Source of the DNA: Bugula neritina
Lineage: Eukaryota > Animalia > Bryozoa
Length of the DNA: 64,000 nucleotides
Direction: 5' to 3'
Assembly: GCA_964035545.1 (NCBI GenBank)
Contig: OZ037767.1
Location: forward strand, 9,992,581-10,056,580
Shown here: piece by piece, positions 12,852 through 27,870 of the stretch
Position numbering within the stretch: the first letter of the stretch is position 1
Layout: each line of letters begins with the position of its first letter
Program-made: the position numbers and the translations under genes
The notes under the pieces: model-generated
Seen by the model: the letters and a program-made list of their open reading frames with translations, nothing else
The model's database searches: none
What the model was told of the DNA's origin: nothing

Positions 12852-14588
12852 TTAATTCAGCCATTCGGAGGGAACCCACTGAGGTTCAACTTCAAGTCTA
12901 TTAATCTCAGCTAACAGCTCGTAGAACGCGTTGTCAATATCGTGATTAGTTATAATGAAATCAAACAGATGGCCATATTTAGTCTCCATTTCTCTCCCTC
13001 TGTCCATAACTTCTTGACAGTGATCAGCCTGCAACATACGCACACATGGTGTACACATTACAATACATAAATATACACAGTGTACTCATTACACTACATA
13101 AACACACACATACTGTACACATTACACTACAAAACATACACATAGTACACATACTACACAGCACAACAAACACACACTGTACACAACACACACTGTACAC
13201 AACACACACTGTACACAACACACACTGTACACAACACACACTACAGATCTACAGCACATTAACTCACATTGACTTCCTTGCCGCTGGTCCTGAGAATAGT
13301 AGTCTTTAGTTTCTCGAGGTTGGGAGCTGCAATGAAGACTATGTAGGGCTTCAGGTCCGACGCCCGCAAGAACTTAAGTGCCTGAAAAAAATCACACTAG
13401 TGCAACTACAGCTGAGAAATAGTACGACCCGCATACAAGCTCACCGCTTGTATAAACCACAGTTTAAAACCCTCAAGCTTTTTGCTACCTGTTTGTTACA
13501 GGGCAAGCAGTTCAACAACTCATTTATTTGGCTGAAGATGGTATAGTCGCTGGCTAGTACCAAAATAGGTATATAAGTAACTGATACATACGTACAGGTA
13601 TATATGTAAGTAATACACAGGTACAGGTATATATGGATTAGCTTAAAGTTATATCTGCAGATACAGAAAAGTTCAAAAAGAAGAAACAAACTAACTTGAG
13701 GGTGTAAATTCAGAACACAGATCTTGCCAGAGTTCACGACTTGTCGGATAGATTCAAGGGTGGTACCATAGTAGTCCTTCTCGTACAGCCCATGTTCAAC
13801 AAACTTATTGGCTCTGATATCAGCTTCAAACAGATGTTTGGGGGTGAAGAAATACTCTTTCCCGTTCACCTCATCTTCCCGTCTCATTCTACTCGTATCT
13901 AAATGTGACACAACCGAGGGTTGATTGATTTTATTGGTTTGTATTGATTCTATTGATCTGTATTAATTGTATTGGATTGATTGATAGATTTCATTGGCTT
14001 GTATTAATTGAATTGGTGTGTATTGATTGAATTGGTTTGTATTAATTTTACTGGTTTGTATAATTGTATTAATTAGGCACCTCTGCTTCCCAAAGAGTTG
14101 GTAATTAGTAAAATTTCCTGTTTTTTCAGACCAAAATTCACAAGAATGATATCTGAATAGTAATTCTAGAGCTGCTCATTTGCCTAGTTTAGACGTGTCT
14201 CTGCTATGACTCAACAGTTGGCGAACAAATGAATATGAGACTCATATGACACAAACCAGACTAACTCGAAACCATTTTGACAAATATTCAGCTGCACACA
14301 CGGAGCCATAGATAGGCTGATAACTTACGGGGAACGGCTGATGCAAATCTCACAGGGTCTGTGTCGAGGAGGCGTTGACGCAGCTCTGATCTGCCAACAT
14401 CGGGCGGAGCAATGAGCACAATGGGGCGTTTTCTGTTGGGTTGTGGGTAATACCGAGTTACTTCTTCATAGGTAAGTATATCATCAGGATCAACTAAAAT
14501 ATAACACATGATCATTGTAGTAATATATGTGGTAATATATGTGGTAGTATATGTGGTAGTATATGTGGTAGTGGTGGTGGTGGTGGTG

Positions 14589-14651
<63 letters not shown>

Positions 14652-17600
14652 ATAGTAGTAGTAGTAGTAGTAGTAGTAGTAGAGTAGTAGTAGTAGTAGT
14701 AGTAGTAGTAGAGTAGTAGTAGTAGTAGTAGTAGTACTAGTAGTAATACTAATAGTACTAGTAGTATAAAACTTACTCTCATCTGAGTTGTATTGAGACT
14801 TCTTTCGTCTCTTCTTTCCAGTCGGGCAGCAGGTCACCTGACTGTCAGCCTCTGCTGTTTCCGCCAGAACCTGCAGTCTCAGCTGCTCTCGTTTCTCCCA
14901 GAACATTTTACTTGGGACGAGTCCGGCCAGAGCCTGATCTTCTTCACCTTCTCGGTACGCCTACGCATACACACACACGGGATGTGAGATCAGGTTGTGA
15001 GAGAGTTGCATACAACACCAGATGTGACAATGAGATAAAGAGAGAAAGCCACGTACCTGCCACCAGTTAGGGTCGTCTTGATTGATGACATGCAACACAT
15101 CTCCTATCTTGAAAGAGACTCCCAGCTCCTGGCAGGGGATAAACTGATCTTCTTCAGGGTCATAGTCAAACAGTGCCCTCACAGAGACCTGGTAGAGTGA
15201 GAGAGTACATAGTGAGTACATAGTGAGAGAGTGCATAGTGAGAGAGTATACAGTGAGAGAGTATATAGTGAGAGAGCACATAGTGAGAGAGCACATAGTG
15301 AGAGAGTATATAGTGAGGGAGTATATAGTGAGAGAGTATATAGTGAGAGAGTATATAGTGAGAGAGTACATAGTGAGAGAGTATATAGTGAGGGAGTATA
15401 TAGTGAGAGAGTATATAGTGAGGGAGTATATAGTGAGAGAGTATATAGTGACAGAGAGTACAAAGTGAGAGAGTATATAGTGAGAGAGTACATAATGAGA
15501 GAGTACATAGTGAGAGAGTATATAGTCAGAGAGTATATAGTAATCCCACTTACCCCTCGTTCCATGCTGTCTCTGTGCTCAAGTTTAGCACCACTAGGCA
15601 CAATCACGAACTCCACTTGTCCCATCATGGCAGCCAACATATCGGAAACTTCGTTAATCGTCTTCCCTCGCATCGGTATCCCATTAACCTCCAGCAACTC
15701 ATCTCCTTCGTTCAGTAAACCAGTTCTCTCTGCGATCCCGCCACGCACTATCCGACCAATCACAACGCACTCGCCTTCATTCTTCACTGTTGCTCCCTGA
15801 ATTAACAAACAATGACAAAATATTGATGAGAAAGCATGGATAATATACTAGGAAAATGACTAGTGGACAAACTGGTTATTTGCTCACAGGCCCGCTAGAC
15901 TGTATAATAGAATATAAACAGAGACAGGAAGTAGTCAGCAACTGACCAGGGGATCAGCTGTCTTCTGTATCTGTATGATCTGGATATTGGACTCTCCGTA
16001 CTGGTCAGCTTTCTCCAGGGTGCTGACGCCACTCTCAATGATAGGGGCAGACAATTCCTCACCGTGTGGCGTTGTCGGAGAGGTGGCAGCATGGCCGTAG
16101 GGGATCAGCACTTCCTAACAATTCACAACATTGGCCAATTAGAGCTGTAGGTGATGTAGGTGATACAGGTAATGTAGGTGATACAGGTAATGTAGGTGAT
16201 ACAGGTAATGTAGGTTATACAGATGATGTAGGTGATACAGGTGATGTAGGTGATACAGGTAATGTAGGTGATACAGGTGATGTAGGTGATACAGGTGATG
16301 TAGGTGATGTAGATGATACAGACAGAGCTACAGTTTGAAGACAGGCCTGGAGGTGTAGACAAGATGGCAGAGAAATATGATGACAGGTTTAGAGAAGGTT
16401 AGTTGAGAGTTGCTTTGATGATGAGTAGAGTAAGACAGATGGTTGAACACCTGCAGTCTATAAAGTATAATGCATACTATAGTATACTATATAGTAGCTA
16501 TATAGTATATACTACACTACAACATGATTAGCTACAAGCAAGACCTGGTGTACAGATTGTTCAATAAACATCACACTTTATAAAAGTTTAGAGTTGGAGC
16601 TATGAGCGGCCATTATTATAATCTTTACAGAAAATGTCAACGAGACACACTCCATAATTTATGTGGTCTACGTGTGTGCCAGGCAATAATATTACAGCCC
16701 AGCAGCTAAAAGTTCATAAAATGGTCAACTAGAAACAAGTAAGGCACAGTGTACAAGTCACCATGCTGACTTGACGCTGACTTGAATGAGTACCTTGAAT
16801 GGAGTCCTGCAGAGTATTTCCTGCAGCTGTCTAGCCTGCTTTGACTCGGACTTCTGGATGGCGGCGTACACATCCGGGGTGACCACGTGGTCCTGCACGG
16901 AGGCCGGTCTGTTCTCCCGCTTTGCCTTGGTCACCTAATAACAACAGCGAGATAGTTTCCCAGTCAACAGCTAAATGAATTTAGTCAGTAAATTCATATA
17001 GTCTTGTTAGTTTAACTGAATTATCCATGTGATCATGTGACTTCATATAATAGGACTTTCGGCATTTAGGCCAAAATCAACGGCTGAAAACCAAAAGGGA
17101 AGTTTTAGAGCAAAACATTCCTCTAAAAGTGACAGTTCCAGTCATTTTTATTAATTAAAATCATAACATTCTTGTGGACTGTCCAGTGAAGCAACTAAAA
17201 GCAGTAAATGTGTACAATATTCCTGCTATTTGAGGAAATAAATTGATGGCTCTTAATATTAATTCCTCGCATCAGCCATAGCAACATTGCATTTGCTTAT
17301 ACCAACATCTATAATAAATATACCCACTTCATCAGAAACTTTGAATTAATCCTGAATAATTGCAAGGAGTTATTATGAAGATGTAGAAAGAGGTTTTAAT
17401 TTCAGCTGAAATATCTACCGATTGCACAAGCACACATGACTATGTTTAGCATCATCTAAATCTCTTCACCAGAATATTAAAAACCTCTATAATTTATGAG
17501 AATTCTAAAATCATTGCCATCCCCAACTATTTAAACGCATTAATTGATAATTTGGACTATATTGTTAACTAGACTATGACAGAGTACCTGCACACAGTGT

Positions 17601-20600
17601 CAACTATATTGTTAACTAGACTATGACAGAGTACCTGCACACAGTGTCAACTATATTGTTAACTAGACTATGACAAAGTACCTGCACACAGTGTCAACTA
17701 TATTGTTAACTAAACTATGACAGAGTGCCTGCACACAGTGTCACCTAGATGGCACACGCTATGACCTAGTTTAGTGGCCCTCCTACCAACCTTGTGGTAC
17801 AGGGAGACAGCATCCTGGAACTGCACGTTGTTGAAGAGATTGTTCATGACGCGCAGCTCGTTGGAGTTGTTCCCCAGCTTCGCTCTGAGAACTGACAGCA
17901 GACTGAGGATTTCCTGCGTAGCTGTGAAACAGAAACAAGATGTTGTGCTTCTGCCATCTAGCACTTATATATACATGGACAAACAACCTTACTGAATCTG
18001 GCATAAAAGCATTTGAATAAGAGAAATTCAGTTATAAAGAAGAGTAAAAGTGTATACGGCACACATTAGTTCAGGTTCACTAACATCTTTTTACGAATAA
18101 CCACTTTGAAGGCTAAACACTGGATGATAAGATGAGAAACACCTTTGCAGATTTGAAATCCATTTACTCAAGAATACACAACTTTACTGACAAACAAAAT
18201 TTACTAGAAGATGATTTAATATTACTGCTTTGTTTTTTTTTTCTACTGATATTTGAACAAAATCTGACAACATTAGGACTTTCAACAGAAAATCACTCTA
18301 ACCTTTTGTAGAGAAAGAGCTAATGCACATAATACTAAGTGAAAAGTGCACTATTATTATATATAGTACTGATATATATACTATTAAGTGAAAAGTACTT
18401 GATAATTATGGCATTTATAAAGTGTCACCAAGTCGGAAAGAGTTCAAATAAAGCAGAGAAGGACATTCATTTTCAGCAGACGGCCTATTAAGGGTCTAGC
18501 AGGTTAAATTTAGAAAATTCGAAATTATTCAATATTTGGTCACTTGTCCGTCAAAGTGAGTTGACACAAAGATAATGGATTTAAATTATTGACATTTTTA
18601 TCTATTGTTTTCTTCTGTTGCCTAAAGTCATCAATTTCAAGTTTGACAGCGAAGACGTGCCCCGGAGCCCGTACACAAGCAGGATATAATATAATACACA
18701 ATCACATCCTATAAACAAAAGGACTTTAATTATAAAAGTTTGATAAAAAACTAATGATTTTGTACAATTGCCAAATAAACAACAATAAATAAGCATCAAT
18801 CTGAAAACGTAAGAGTTGTCCTCCTAAAGATACTGAAACCAACCAATTTCCAAGACACTTACTGACAGCATTGCCGACGTCAACTTTCATTGTATCTAGA
18901 GACTTGGCTTTACCAGATGCTGCTGAGGCAGCGCCATTGAACTCTGTCTCCTCCTCACTCGCGTCCCGGTCAAACGCTCGGTTGACAAAACCATCAGCGT
19001 TGACGGCTGAGCCATCGTGTGATCTCTTCTCCAAATTCTGCAACTTTTTCGATTCTCTGAGACTAGCCCTGAGGAACTCTTGCTCTCTCTGCAGTCTGAA
19101 GGAAACCACAACTAATTTAGGGGAAGAGGTCAAATGTAACCACAGAATCGGCTACATTGAAACATTACATGTGGTGATGTATGTTTTTGATACTTACAGT
19201 TTGCATGACGTACGTACACAACTATGTTACCAGCAAATATATAAATATAACTTTTACAAGATCAAAAAGACACTACCCTTACAAACTATCACTGAAATAA
19301 AAGTTCTATTTTGTAACTATACATTTAATGTATATAACCAGCAGAATACAATCTTTGGGCAATTATATATCAGACAGATTTTATAGAAAGTGTAGTTTTA
19401 CAGTTCCAACTTATAAATAGCTATATGTTGGCTGCAATAGAGAGAACAGAAAGTCAAATTACTTGAGTGTTTGATATTTTGTATTTAGATTTTAGTCTGC
19501 GACTACCCTTGTAGGACTATAGTCCGTGAGATATATATACTTCAGTCTGTATACAAATAAGAATAAAAATGTTTGAGAAATTTTGATTTAAAGTTCTGTT
19601 ATCTTAGGGTTTGCTACCCAACTGACATAAGAAAGTGGATAGTACTAATGAATTCAAAATTCAGCATAGGAGTTGTGTTATCCACAGAATGACAGCCATG
19701 CAAAATGAGCCATTCTAAAGGCACAAACCAGAATCCAATATGGAAAGAATACAGTAAACAAGTAGCCCGACAACCCAACACAACCAAGTTACGGAAGGGC
19801 CAGAAAATGTGAATTAAAGCTAAACAAGGAATAACTTATTTTTGCAGTACAAGATCTAAACAACAACCCACCTCTTTCTCAGCATTGATAACTGCACCAT
19901 AAACCGATTTTGTATGCCGGCACGGAGATACCTGCGTGTTGTGGTGATGGCACACAAACATGACTCGGAACACGCGTAATGTCCGCCATTACCGGCTGCA
20001 AACCTTTCAGCTGATCGACTTCTTGAAACAACACGGTGTACATTCTTATTCTGAGATCCATCATAAGAACCAAGTCTTCGCACTTTCATCAGCCGATCGG
20101 TTACACTGATGCCGCTGTCGGTAGAGCTGTTGGTAGCAGTACTTTTGTTAGAGCCCTGACGGTAAGTGCGTATCTTTGTCGATATATCAGAATACCGAGT
20201 TGAATAATCACTAGTGTCACTATTTAGCCTCTCTAAAGGCTTGCAGACCTGCATTTTCCTCAGCAAACTGTACAGACACCAACTCTGACCTTCTCCAGAA
20301 GTAAAGTGCCGGGAGTGCTTCAGTCAAGAAGATTAAATCAAGACTGCTTCACCAGTCAACCAATGAGAAGCAACTAGAAAAAGGTGCATACCACTAGCAC
20401 GTGTGTCGAGGTAACCCAAGCGTTTACTAAAAGTGGATACGATGTTTGTGAGTTAAGCACTCTGATGTATACTGATGAAGTCAAGCTTTAGATATATAAC
20501 TTAAAACAGTCTCACATGTTTTCTTTTAACTTCCTTCATTGAAATTAAAGAGCTTTTAATATCTCTTAGCATTGAGATCATGCAACATGCATTATACAAT

Positions 20601-23600
20601 AAAATAGACTAAATTGTATAGTCTTGACTTAATTAATCTATTTACAGTTGAATGTGATAAGTTTTAAATGCCACAAAAACAATGACTAGACAGTTCTCTA
20701 TTACTGTTTATAAGACCAAACTATATCCCACTTTTCTGTTGAAATATGGCAGCAAAATCTGCCAAAAGAAATAATTAAAAAAAATTAGACTAAGTAAAAT
20801 GTGCCACAATGAAGGCATTGGAAAAAAGTTCCATTTCTAAATGAAAACTATAGCAAAATAAGTCACATCTTCAATAGAATTTCAAACCTTGCTCCAAAAT
20901 CAAGACTCTTAAAACAATTAAATGACTTGAGCCATTAAATTTCTCCATTACTGCATGGAAATCTCGTATCAGCAAAATCTCAAGAAGTGTGTCTAACATT
21001 AGAAATTTTCAAGCCCAACAATTGATACTGAGTTAGAGAAATACCTTTGCAGCTTGCACACAAATCAATTAACATACTTATAATAGCAAATGTATTATGC
21101 ACCTATAAAAATTTACTTGTTCGCTGTAAATTTATAATACTAAAATATCAATTGTCAAAAAAATATGTGGAAATGACTTTTTTAATTGCCTCCAAACAAT
21201 ATTTTATTAAACCATCAGCGGAGTTTGAATAGAAATATCATAAATATCGCTCAAAAATTTGTGACAGCCGCATAGCGAAACAATTTTCAATCATGTTGAC
21301 ATATTTCAAAAATTTATGTTTTCATAACCAATGCACTAATGCATAACAGAAATAAAAATACTCTCAAAGTAGCTTGCAGTGTACAGGTTGCTCCAGTGAG
21401 CAGCTATTTTCAAAGCAGGTGTGCGGTTGTGCTTTGACAGGCTATGCTAATCAATAATCTTCAAATCTGACCAGTGTAGACAGTGAACTTTAGCCAAGGT
21501 AGGGTTAGACATTGTATTGTGAAATACAGCTTTTCATGCTAGCAAACGGTTGATATTATATCTTTAATGGTGATACAAATTTCCAAAAGAGGCTACATTA
21601 GGACTTGCGCCAGAATATTCCTAATATATTGTGCTAAAGAACTTAGCTAAATACTCTACATGCTATTAACAAATATAGAATAAATTAAAAACTGCAAAAA
21701 GTCACTCAATTTATTGCCTATTAGAGCTAATTTACAATCCCCAGCTGATATTTTCTGTGCCAAGTAACGCGCTCACTGCTGGCAATCAAAGCTGGAGCGA
21801 GATCCACTTGTAAACTTTTGGAGGGTGCACTATGGGGGGGGGGGGGAGGCCCTGTATATTATGACTTAATTAATACTAGCTATAGCAACAGTTCTTAAGA
21901 CAAACAATTCAATGTAGTGTCAGCAAACTTATAATACGCAATCTTGAAAACACCTAAAAGTTATCAAAATTATATTAAGATGAGTGAGAAAACTTTCAAC
22001 TTTGAAAGGTGAATGTAATAGAACCGGGATAAGCATTGGAGTCGTTTCCTCGTGGTGCAGTGATCAACAGCTATAAATAGACCTCACATAGAATATAGTG
22101 AGTGAACACAACTTCAAACTCATGCTAACACAGGAAGTAATCTTAACTTGACTTCTCCAAACTAACTTTTGAACAGATTGAGAAAAAAGTTTCTCAAACT
22201 AATCTCCTCGTATCAATATAACACAAGACAAAAAAGGAAACTTTTGGAAATAGATTTGGTCTTAACCAGGCCTAAAAAGTTAACTAGATGGTTTTCAGAG
22301 TTTTAACTAGTCAAAAGATTTAGTTCCCAAAATATTTTGCCATTTGCTAACTGCATTGTGTTGAAAAGATAAAATCACTAAATTAAAACTCAGCGAAAAT
22401 CCCATGGATAAAATGTTTTAAATATTACGAGATCACGGAAAGATTTACTCAGAACATGCTTAACCATAGACATACGTAGCAAGTTGTACAGGTGAAAGCA
22501 CATGTCACAAGGGTTTTGTTTTAGAATAATCCAGAAAGTGACACACACTTCAGGTGACCGACATGACACCAAAACAGGGAAGGATAACTCCAAGACATTG
22601 AAGTTGTCTATTGTTTAGCACAATAATGTTATGTTATCACTGTAATACTAGTTTCGTGTATCAAATAATATGGAGGATAGCATATTAGCAGAATTTTTGG
22701 AATTTATCAACTTCCTTTTCAAATTAACATGCTGATTCTAAAAGCTTTATCCATATCTTAAGCATAACTCCTAATTCATTAATAATTAAAAATGGAGAAA
22801 CAATTCTGCGAATAGAAATGATACATTCCTTTGATATTTGTTGTTATATGATGCAAAAAATGTGATGAGCATAGAACAAAATTGAGAATGGTTATATTGG
22901 CATGTCGCTTCTTATAAAAAACACGAAGAGTGGCATGAGTTGCCTAACTAGTGTTAGTCATGCAGGAATTACTTTATTGTTTATGTTTGATGGAAAGAAT
23001 GCGCATACAAACTACAAAGTCTCTATAAAGTCACAAATCGCGGGAACAGGAGAACTAAAGCTCTCAGTTATTCGATTTAACAAATAACATGGCCAAAGGA
23101 ATTATAAAATAAAATAAAATGCACATTTAATAAATAGCTTTTTTGCTTTCCTACTTGTTGATTTTCTTTTAAGCAATTGTAAAAAAATTACCGGCATTTT
23201 ATATTTCAAAAAGGGTATAAAATTTGTTATATGTAAATGTATGAAATGTATACGTACATCTTTAGGTGAAGTTTTAGTATTTATATAGCATCATCTAACA
23301 GCTGTAAATAAACATAAGTTATTACAAATCTAATTTAGTTTTTTTAAATAAAGTAAAAATAAACCTTACCTCAACTCCTGCTCTTTCTTAGATTTAACTT
23401 CTGTCCGATATTTCTTGATCCGCTCATCTTTACTCAAGCTGTTGCTATTGGTCAGCCTGGGTTTCTCTTTCGGCTGCTCAACAAAGTTTGAGGGCACGTC
23501 AATAGCCATCTCTCGGTGGGGCATAGGGTCCTCAGTGTAGCCCCTCAATTCTCCGTTGCTACAGAATAGAGCACACACAGTGAAACACAACTCCTAGTCT

Positions 23601-23972
23601 GTTTTAAAAATCTTAAAACTTTGAAATAAAGTAAAAACAAACTATTAAGCAGAATGAAGTACAATATATGATATGACGAGTAACTTGCATGCAGACACTT
23701 GTAAAACTATCAGAAACATTTGTGAGTTTGAGAATTTAGTTAACTAAAACTACACATTGAGAAGATTAAATGCAGTCAAGATACAATAAATGTATTACAC
23801 TTTACAGAAGTAATCATGATGCTTCATATATTCAAATAACCAGTTTCACTAGCAGAAATGTACTACATTGATTTGCATAGAGACCCATGAGTTTATATGA
23901 TTATAGCTTATATTTGCAATCAGGGTTAGCATACCTTCGATTCAGGCTACCATTTCTGTTTTGCATCATCAT
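12852..23972 (-). CDS. MPP5: MAGUK p55 family Stardust/PALS1; exons (high-low) 23972-23935, 23558-23370, 19095-18863, 17921-17791, 16934-16794, 16114-15947, 15796-15554, 15188-15057, 14960-14777, 14493-14329, 13898-13696, 13381-13268, 13028-12852
   Basis: Par6-binding motif [28 protein letters not shown]27 region, PDZ ([29 protein letters not shown]), SH3 ([12 protein letters not shown]...DDPNWWQ), GUK ([10 protein letters not shown]...HTSR...YYGT) and C-terminal [15 protein letters not shown] and phases are consistent; further upstream exons are possible. Confidence 0.93.
13040..13250. repeat. CA-rich intronic repeat (ACACAACACACACTGT-like)
   Basis: Direct repeats; source of spurious ORFs 13024-13309. 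Confidence 0.8.
14516..14765. repeat. (GTG)n/(GTA)n microsatellite in an MPP5 intron
   Basis: Long trinucleotide runs. Confidence 0.95.
15193..15541. repeat. 15-bp minisatellite (TAGTGAGAGAGTATA), ~23 copies, filling the PDZ-SH3 intron
   Basis: Direct tandem repeats; open in several frames only because the unit is 15 nt. Confidence 0.95.
16147..16321. repeat. 18-bp (2x9) minisatellite GTAGGTGATACAGGTAAT
   Basis: Direct tandem repeats. Confidence 0.92.
17556..17743. repeat. 47-bp minisatellite, 4 copies
   Basis: Unit ACTATATTGTTAACTAGACTATGACAGAGTACCTGCACACAGTGTCA at 17556, 17603, 17650 and 17697. Confidence 0.95.
19872..20267 (-). CDS. Candidate alternative (cassette or alternative first) exon of MPP5/stardust, 396 nt, Ser/Arg-rich
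   Basis: Open frame of 132 codons with acceptor TGTACAG and donor AG|GTGGGT. It is phase 2 at both ends, matching flanking exons 23370 and 19095, has an internal ATG at 20254, and is more GC-rich than the surrounding intron. Confidence 0.6.
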
Positions 23973-26346
23973 CTTGAAGGCTAGGAATTTGATCGTCAAT
24001 ATATAAATAAATATATTAGGCTTTGCCAAATCTAAAACATAGCAGAGTTTGGAGCAAGTTTGGTACAAAGACAGAGTATTTAATCTTTAATTATTCAACA
24101 TTTGCTTGTCACAATCGCTTATTTTAATACAAAAAACTTTTTTCAAAATATCAAAAATTTTAGCAGAATTTTTAGGCATGAGAAGTTATCTAACCATGAA
24201 ATAAAGCAATTGCCTTCTAAACCCAAATGCCAAACTAAAAGTTATAAATTTCAAGCCAAGCAAAATGTAAATCTAAAGGGCAAAATAAAAAGAGCTTTGA
24301 AATTAAATTATCTCTTACCGAGATCAATTAAAAAATTAATGGTAGAGTGTTAGCAAGTATTGTAAAATATTGTAACAGCACGTTTACTAGAAGATTTGCA
24401 TCAACATAATAAATTTGCAATTTTGGAATTAAAGCACTCTTGTAATTGTTTATATAGCAGCCTGTTTGCGTTTTTAAAGAACCGTTGCAGCACAGATAGA
24501 CGAATACATTGAACATTTTTTTATATAAGAAATATCATGATTATCATTGCTGCTGCTGTTTTATTACCATTTTATAGCAGGGATTGGCTATTTTTACAGA
24601 CTTTCAAGGTAATGCTTTTGTAAGAGCATATGAACATATACACTCATTACTTCCTATGGATAGAGCATATGACCAAATAAAAATCTGTTGCTCGCCCAAA
24701 CACCCATATCATGATTAAGATTCTCGAAGGCATGGTGTAAACAAATGAATTAATATTTCTTTTAAATAGACATTTTTTAATTTCACTTAATCAAAATAGT
24801 AGCAAATAACTTATGCTATACCATAACTGAGTGTATACTATTTTTTAAAACAAAGAATCTTAAAGTCAGTTAAATATAGTAACCAATATTTTGGCTTAAA
24901 AAGTGATGACTATGGTCATACAATATTAAATCTAATACCCGTACACTTTCAGTATGATCACAGATAACCTACAGGACTAACTAAGTAAATCATTTTCATT
25001 ACCACCGAAAAAATAAACTACTGATGGTAATTGATCAAAAGTTTTGATGATAGTGATACTATAGATATTTTGGTAAGAGTCTGATTAGTAAACCTGGGTA
25101 ACGAAATTCCTACATATAGATTTATTATTAAATGTAAGTATAACTCAATTGCGTTCTTTATACAGTTATTACACGTACACTAATGATATTGTAATGGTCA
25201 ATAAAAGTATACCCCCCAGTGTGCCCTGGTAAACATAATGCAATATATTATGGTCAGGAACAGCAACTCCAAGTCATGCCGTCTCTACATGCGGTGCCCA
25301 TTAATACATGCGGCAGCACCGCCAATAACTGCGGACAATACTACGGGAATCTGTGTCGACCAATCAGGGTCGACCACTCATTTATAAGCAACGCCTTCCG
25401 GCGCCCACAGTCAGTCTTGGACAGTACTAGTAACTATCAGATTAACTATATGTAATCGCTCTGACTCTTGCATATTTTTCTCATTTATGTATCATACTTT
25501 TACTCGTGTATAATTAACTAAATACAATTTTCTGGTTTCTATGATCAACTCGTTCGGTTCTTCACATAACCTCACAGTAGATATGCAGTAATTACTAACA
25601 CACAATAACACCCAATCTAGTAGTGCACGACACGACAACAATATTAACTTAGAACATCAACTGACACTTGAGTGCATGACATTTGAACTCAACAAGTAAA
25701 AAGTCAAAAACTAGAAAATAAACCAAAATCAGAGTGAAATTTAAACTTGTCAAAAAGAAGCATAATATTATGCTTATGAAAATACCATCAGTATGATATT
25801 AATTTTATGGCTATATGTATAGGATTGACAAACAATTTTCTATTCAATAAAATACAATTTTGACTAACACAACCATTTTAGATTATTTATTAAATTTAAT
25901 ATTTCCTTGTTACTATAATTTAATTTTATTGGTTATATTTCTACTTTAAGTTTATAGTTACAGCATAAGTCTAAGTGATTAAATTTAATTCACAATTAAC
26001 AACTAATAAGTGATACAGTGTGAGTGAGTGATACCGATAGTGATACTAGATTACTAATATTAATAAGTCTTTGAATTTGATAAATAAATCCCTTAAAGTT
26101 AATGATCATGATCACTTCATGATGAGATAAAGAAAGCTAAATTAAAACTTAATTATTTGATAATAATTTAATAAATAATTATAATTATTTTATAATATTA
26201 ATATTATAATTCCAAGTTAGTTCTACTTATTTATTACTAATACTAATAGTAATACTTATAGTTATACTAATAGTAATAGTAATAGTAATACTAATTATTA
26301 ATTACTATTAGTATTAGTATTACTATTACTGTATTAGTATTACTAT

Positions 26347-26516
26347 AACTATTACTCATTTACTGTAATTTAGTGTGTAATACTACTAGTACTGAGTACT
26401 AGTAGTAGTAGTACTACTACTAGTACTAGTAAGTAGTAAATGATTTACTACTTACTAGTACTGAGTACTAGTAGTATTAGTATTACACACTAAATTACAG
26501 TAAATGAGTAATAGTT
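26347..26516. repeat. Nested perfect palindrome (38-bp outer arms, 20-bp inner hairpin)
   Basis: AACTATTACTCATTTACTGTAATTTAGTGTGTAATACT and its exact reverse complement enclose AGTACTAGTAAGTAGTAAAT-G-ATTTACTACTTACTAGTACT. Confidence 0.9.
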
Positions 26517-27649
26517 AATACTTATGAGTTATACTAATAGTAATACTAATACTCACAGTAATACTAATACTAATAGTAATAGTAATACTGATACTGATAC
26601 TGATAGTAATATAGTTAAGCTTTAGCTTATAGTTATAGAGTAATAGTTACACTACTACTTATCGGTTATACAGTTATTGAGTTATACTTATTGGTATCAT
26701 AACCAAGGCAGTTAACGCCTACGATAAATATCATTATGTGTTAGTATATAGCAATAGTAATACGAAGGTCTATGACTAATAGTTATGATTGCAATGGTAT
26801 CATATCAACATGGCCACTGACTAATGAAAACAATTAGAACAGTGAAACGGGAAATAACGCAAGGTTGAAGGTCAATACTGTTTATCGGATCGGGTTGTCT
26901 TCTCATAGCAATGAACTTTTGTCACTGTTGCTCACACACTTGACACGCGGAAATAAAGTAGGAAATAGGATAAATGGTGGTAAATAGAATAGTGTGTGGC
27001 CAGGCCTTCAAAGAAGGAGCACACATTTCGAGACTTCAGCTGACCAACATGGACCGAAAATTATTCTTCAACTCAAATATAACACACATTTCACAGCTAG
27101 AAGTATAGCACATTCTTACATGCTGTACCAACATAAACCTATATTACATAATGTATCATCTGCTAGCATAGATCACAAATGTAAACATGCATGTATAGCA
27201 GCTATAGCAGTTAGCACAGTTCAAAAATTCATTAATTTATCATTTAAACCAAATTTTGCATCGTATAAAAGTAAAAGACCCAATGAAGCTGATATAGCTT
27301 ATATGTATTGCAGCATGCAATATATGCAAAAAAAATATTTCGGTATTCATGGGAGTTGATATAGAGAATATACAAACAACACCAAGCTCTAACGTGCAAG
27401 GTGTTTTTGTAAAAGTAAACACATAAACATGTATATGCCCTAGCCTTAGTTTTGCAGTGCTTTAACAACTCCTTTTGTTTTTTTCTTTGCCTAATTTTAC
27501 TGTTGCATGGTTGTTTTTAAAATATTTTCATTCTGGTAAAAACAAAAAAAACTTTCATTAGCTTGTCTTTTTGAAATTATTGCATTCATATATAGTTGTT
27601 AACAAAGAACATTTTAGGCAGCTCAAGTTTGGAAATTGCAGTATTTGCA

Positions 27650-27870
<221 letters not shown>

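Noticed and set aside
14288-16362. Poly-T/Y/H, SERVY, YSLTI and GDTGNV repeat ORFs
   Set aside because: Translations of intronic micro/minisatellites between genuine MPP5 exons.
924-17743. CRISPR-like arrays (40-, 30- and 47-bp repeats)
   Set aside because: Head-to-tail repeats without unique spacers in eukaryotic introns; no cas genes.
25219-25455. GC-richer patch with a 78-aa ORF
   Set aside because: GTG start and no motifs; possibly an MPP5 promoter or TE fragment, but not determinable from sequence.
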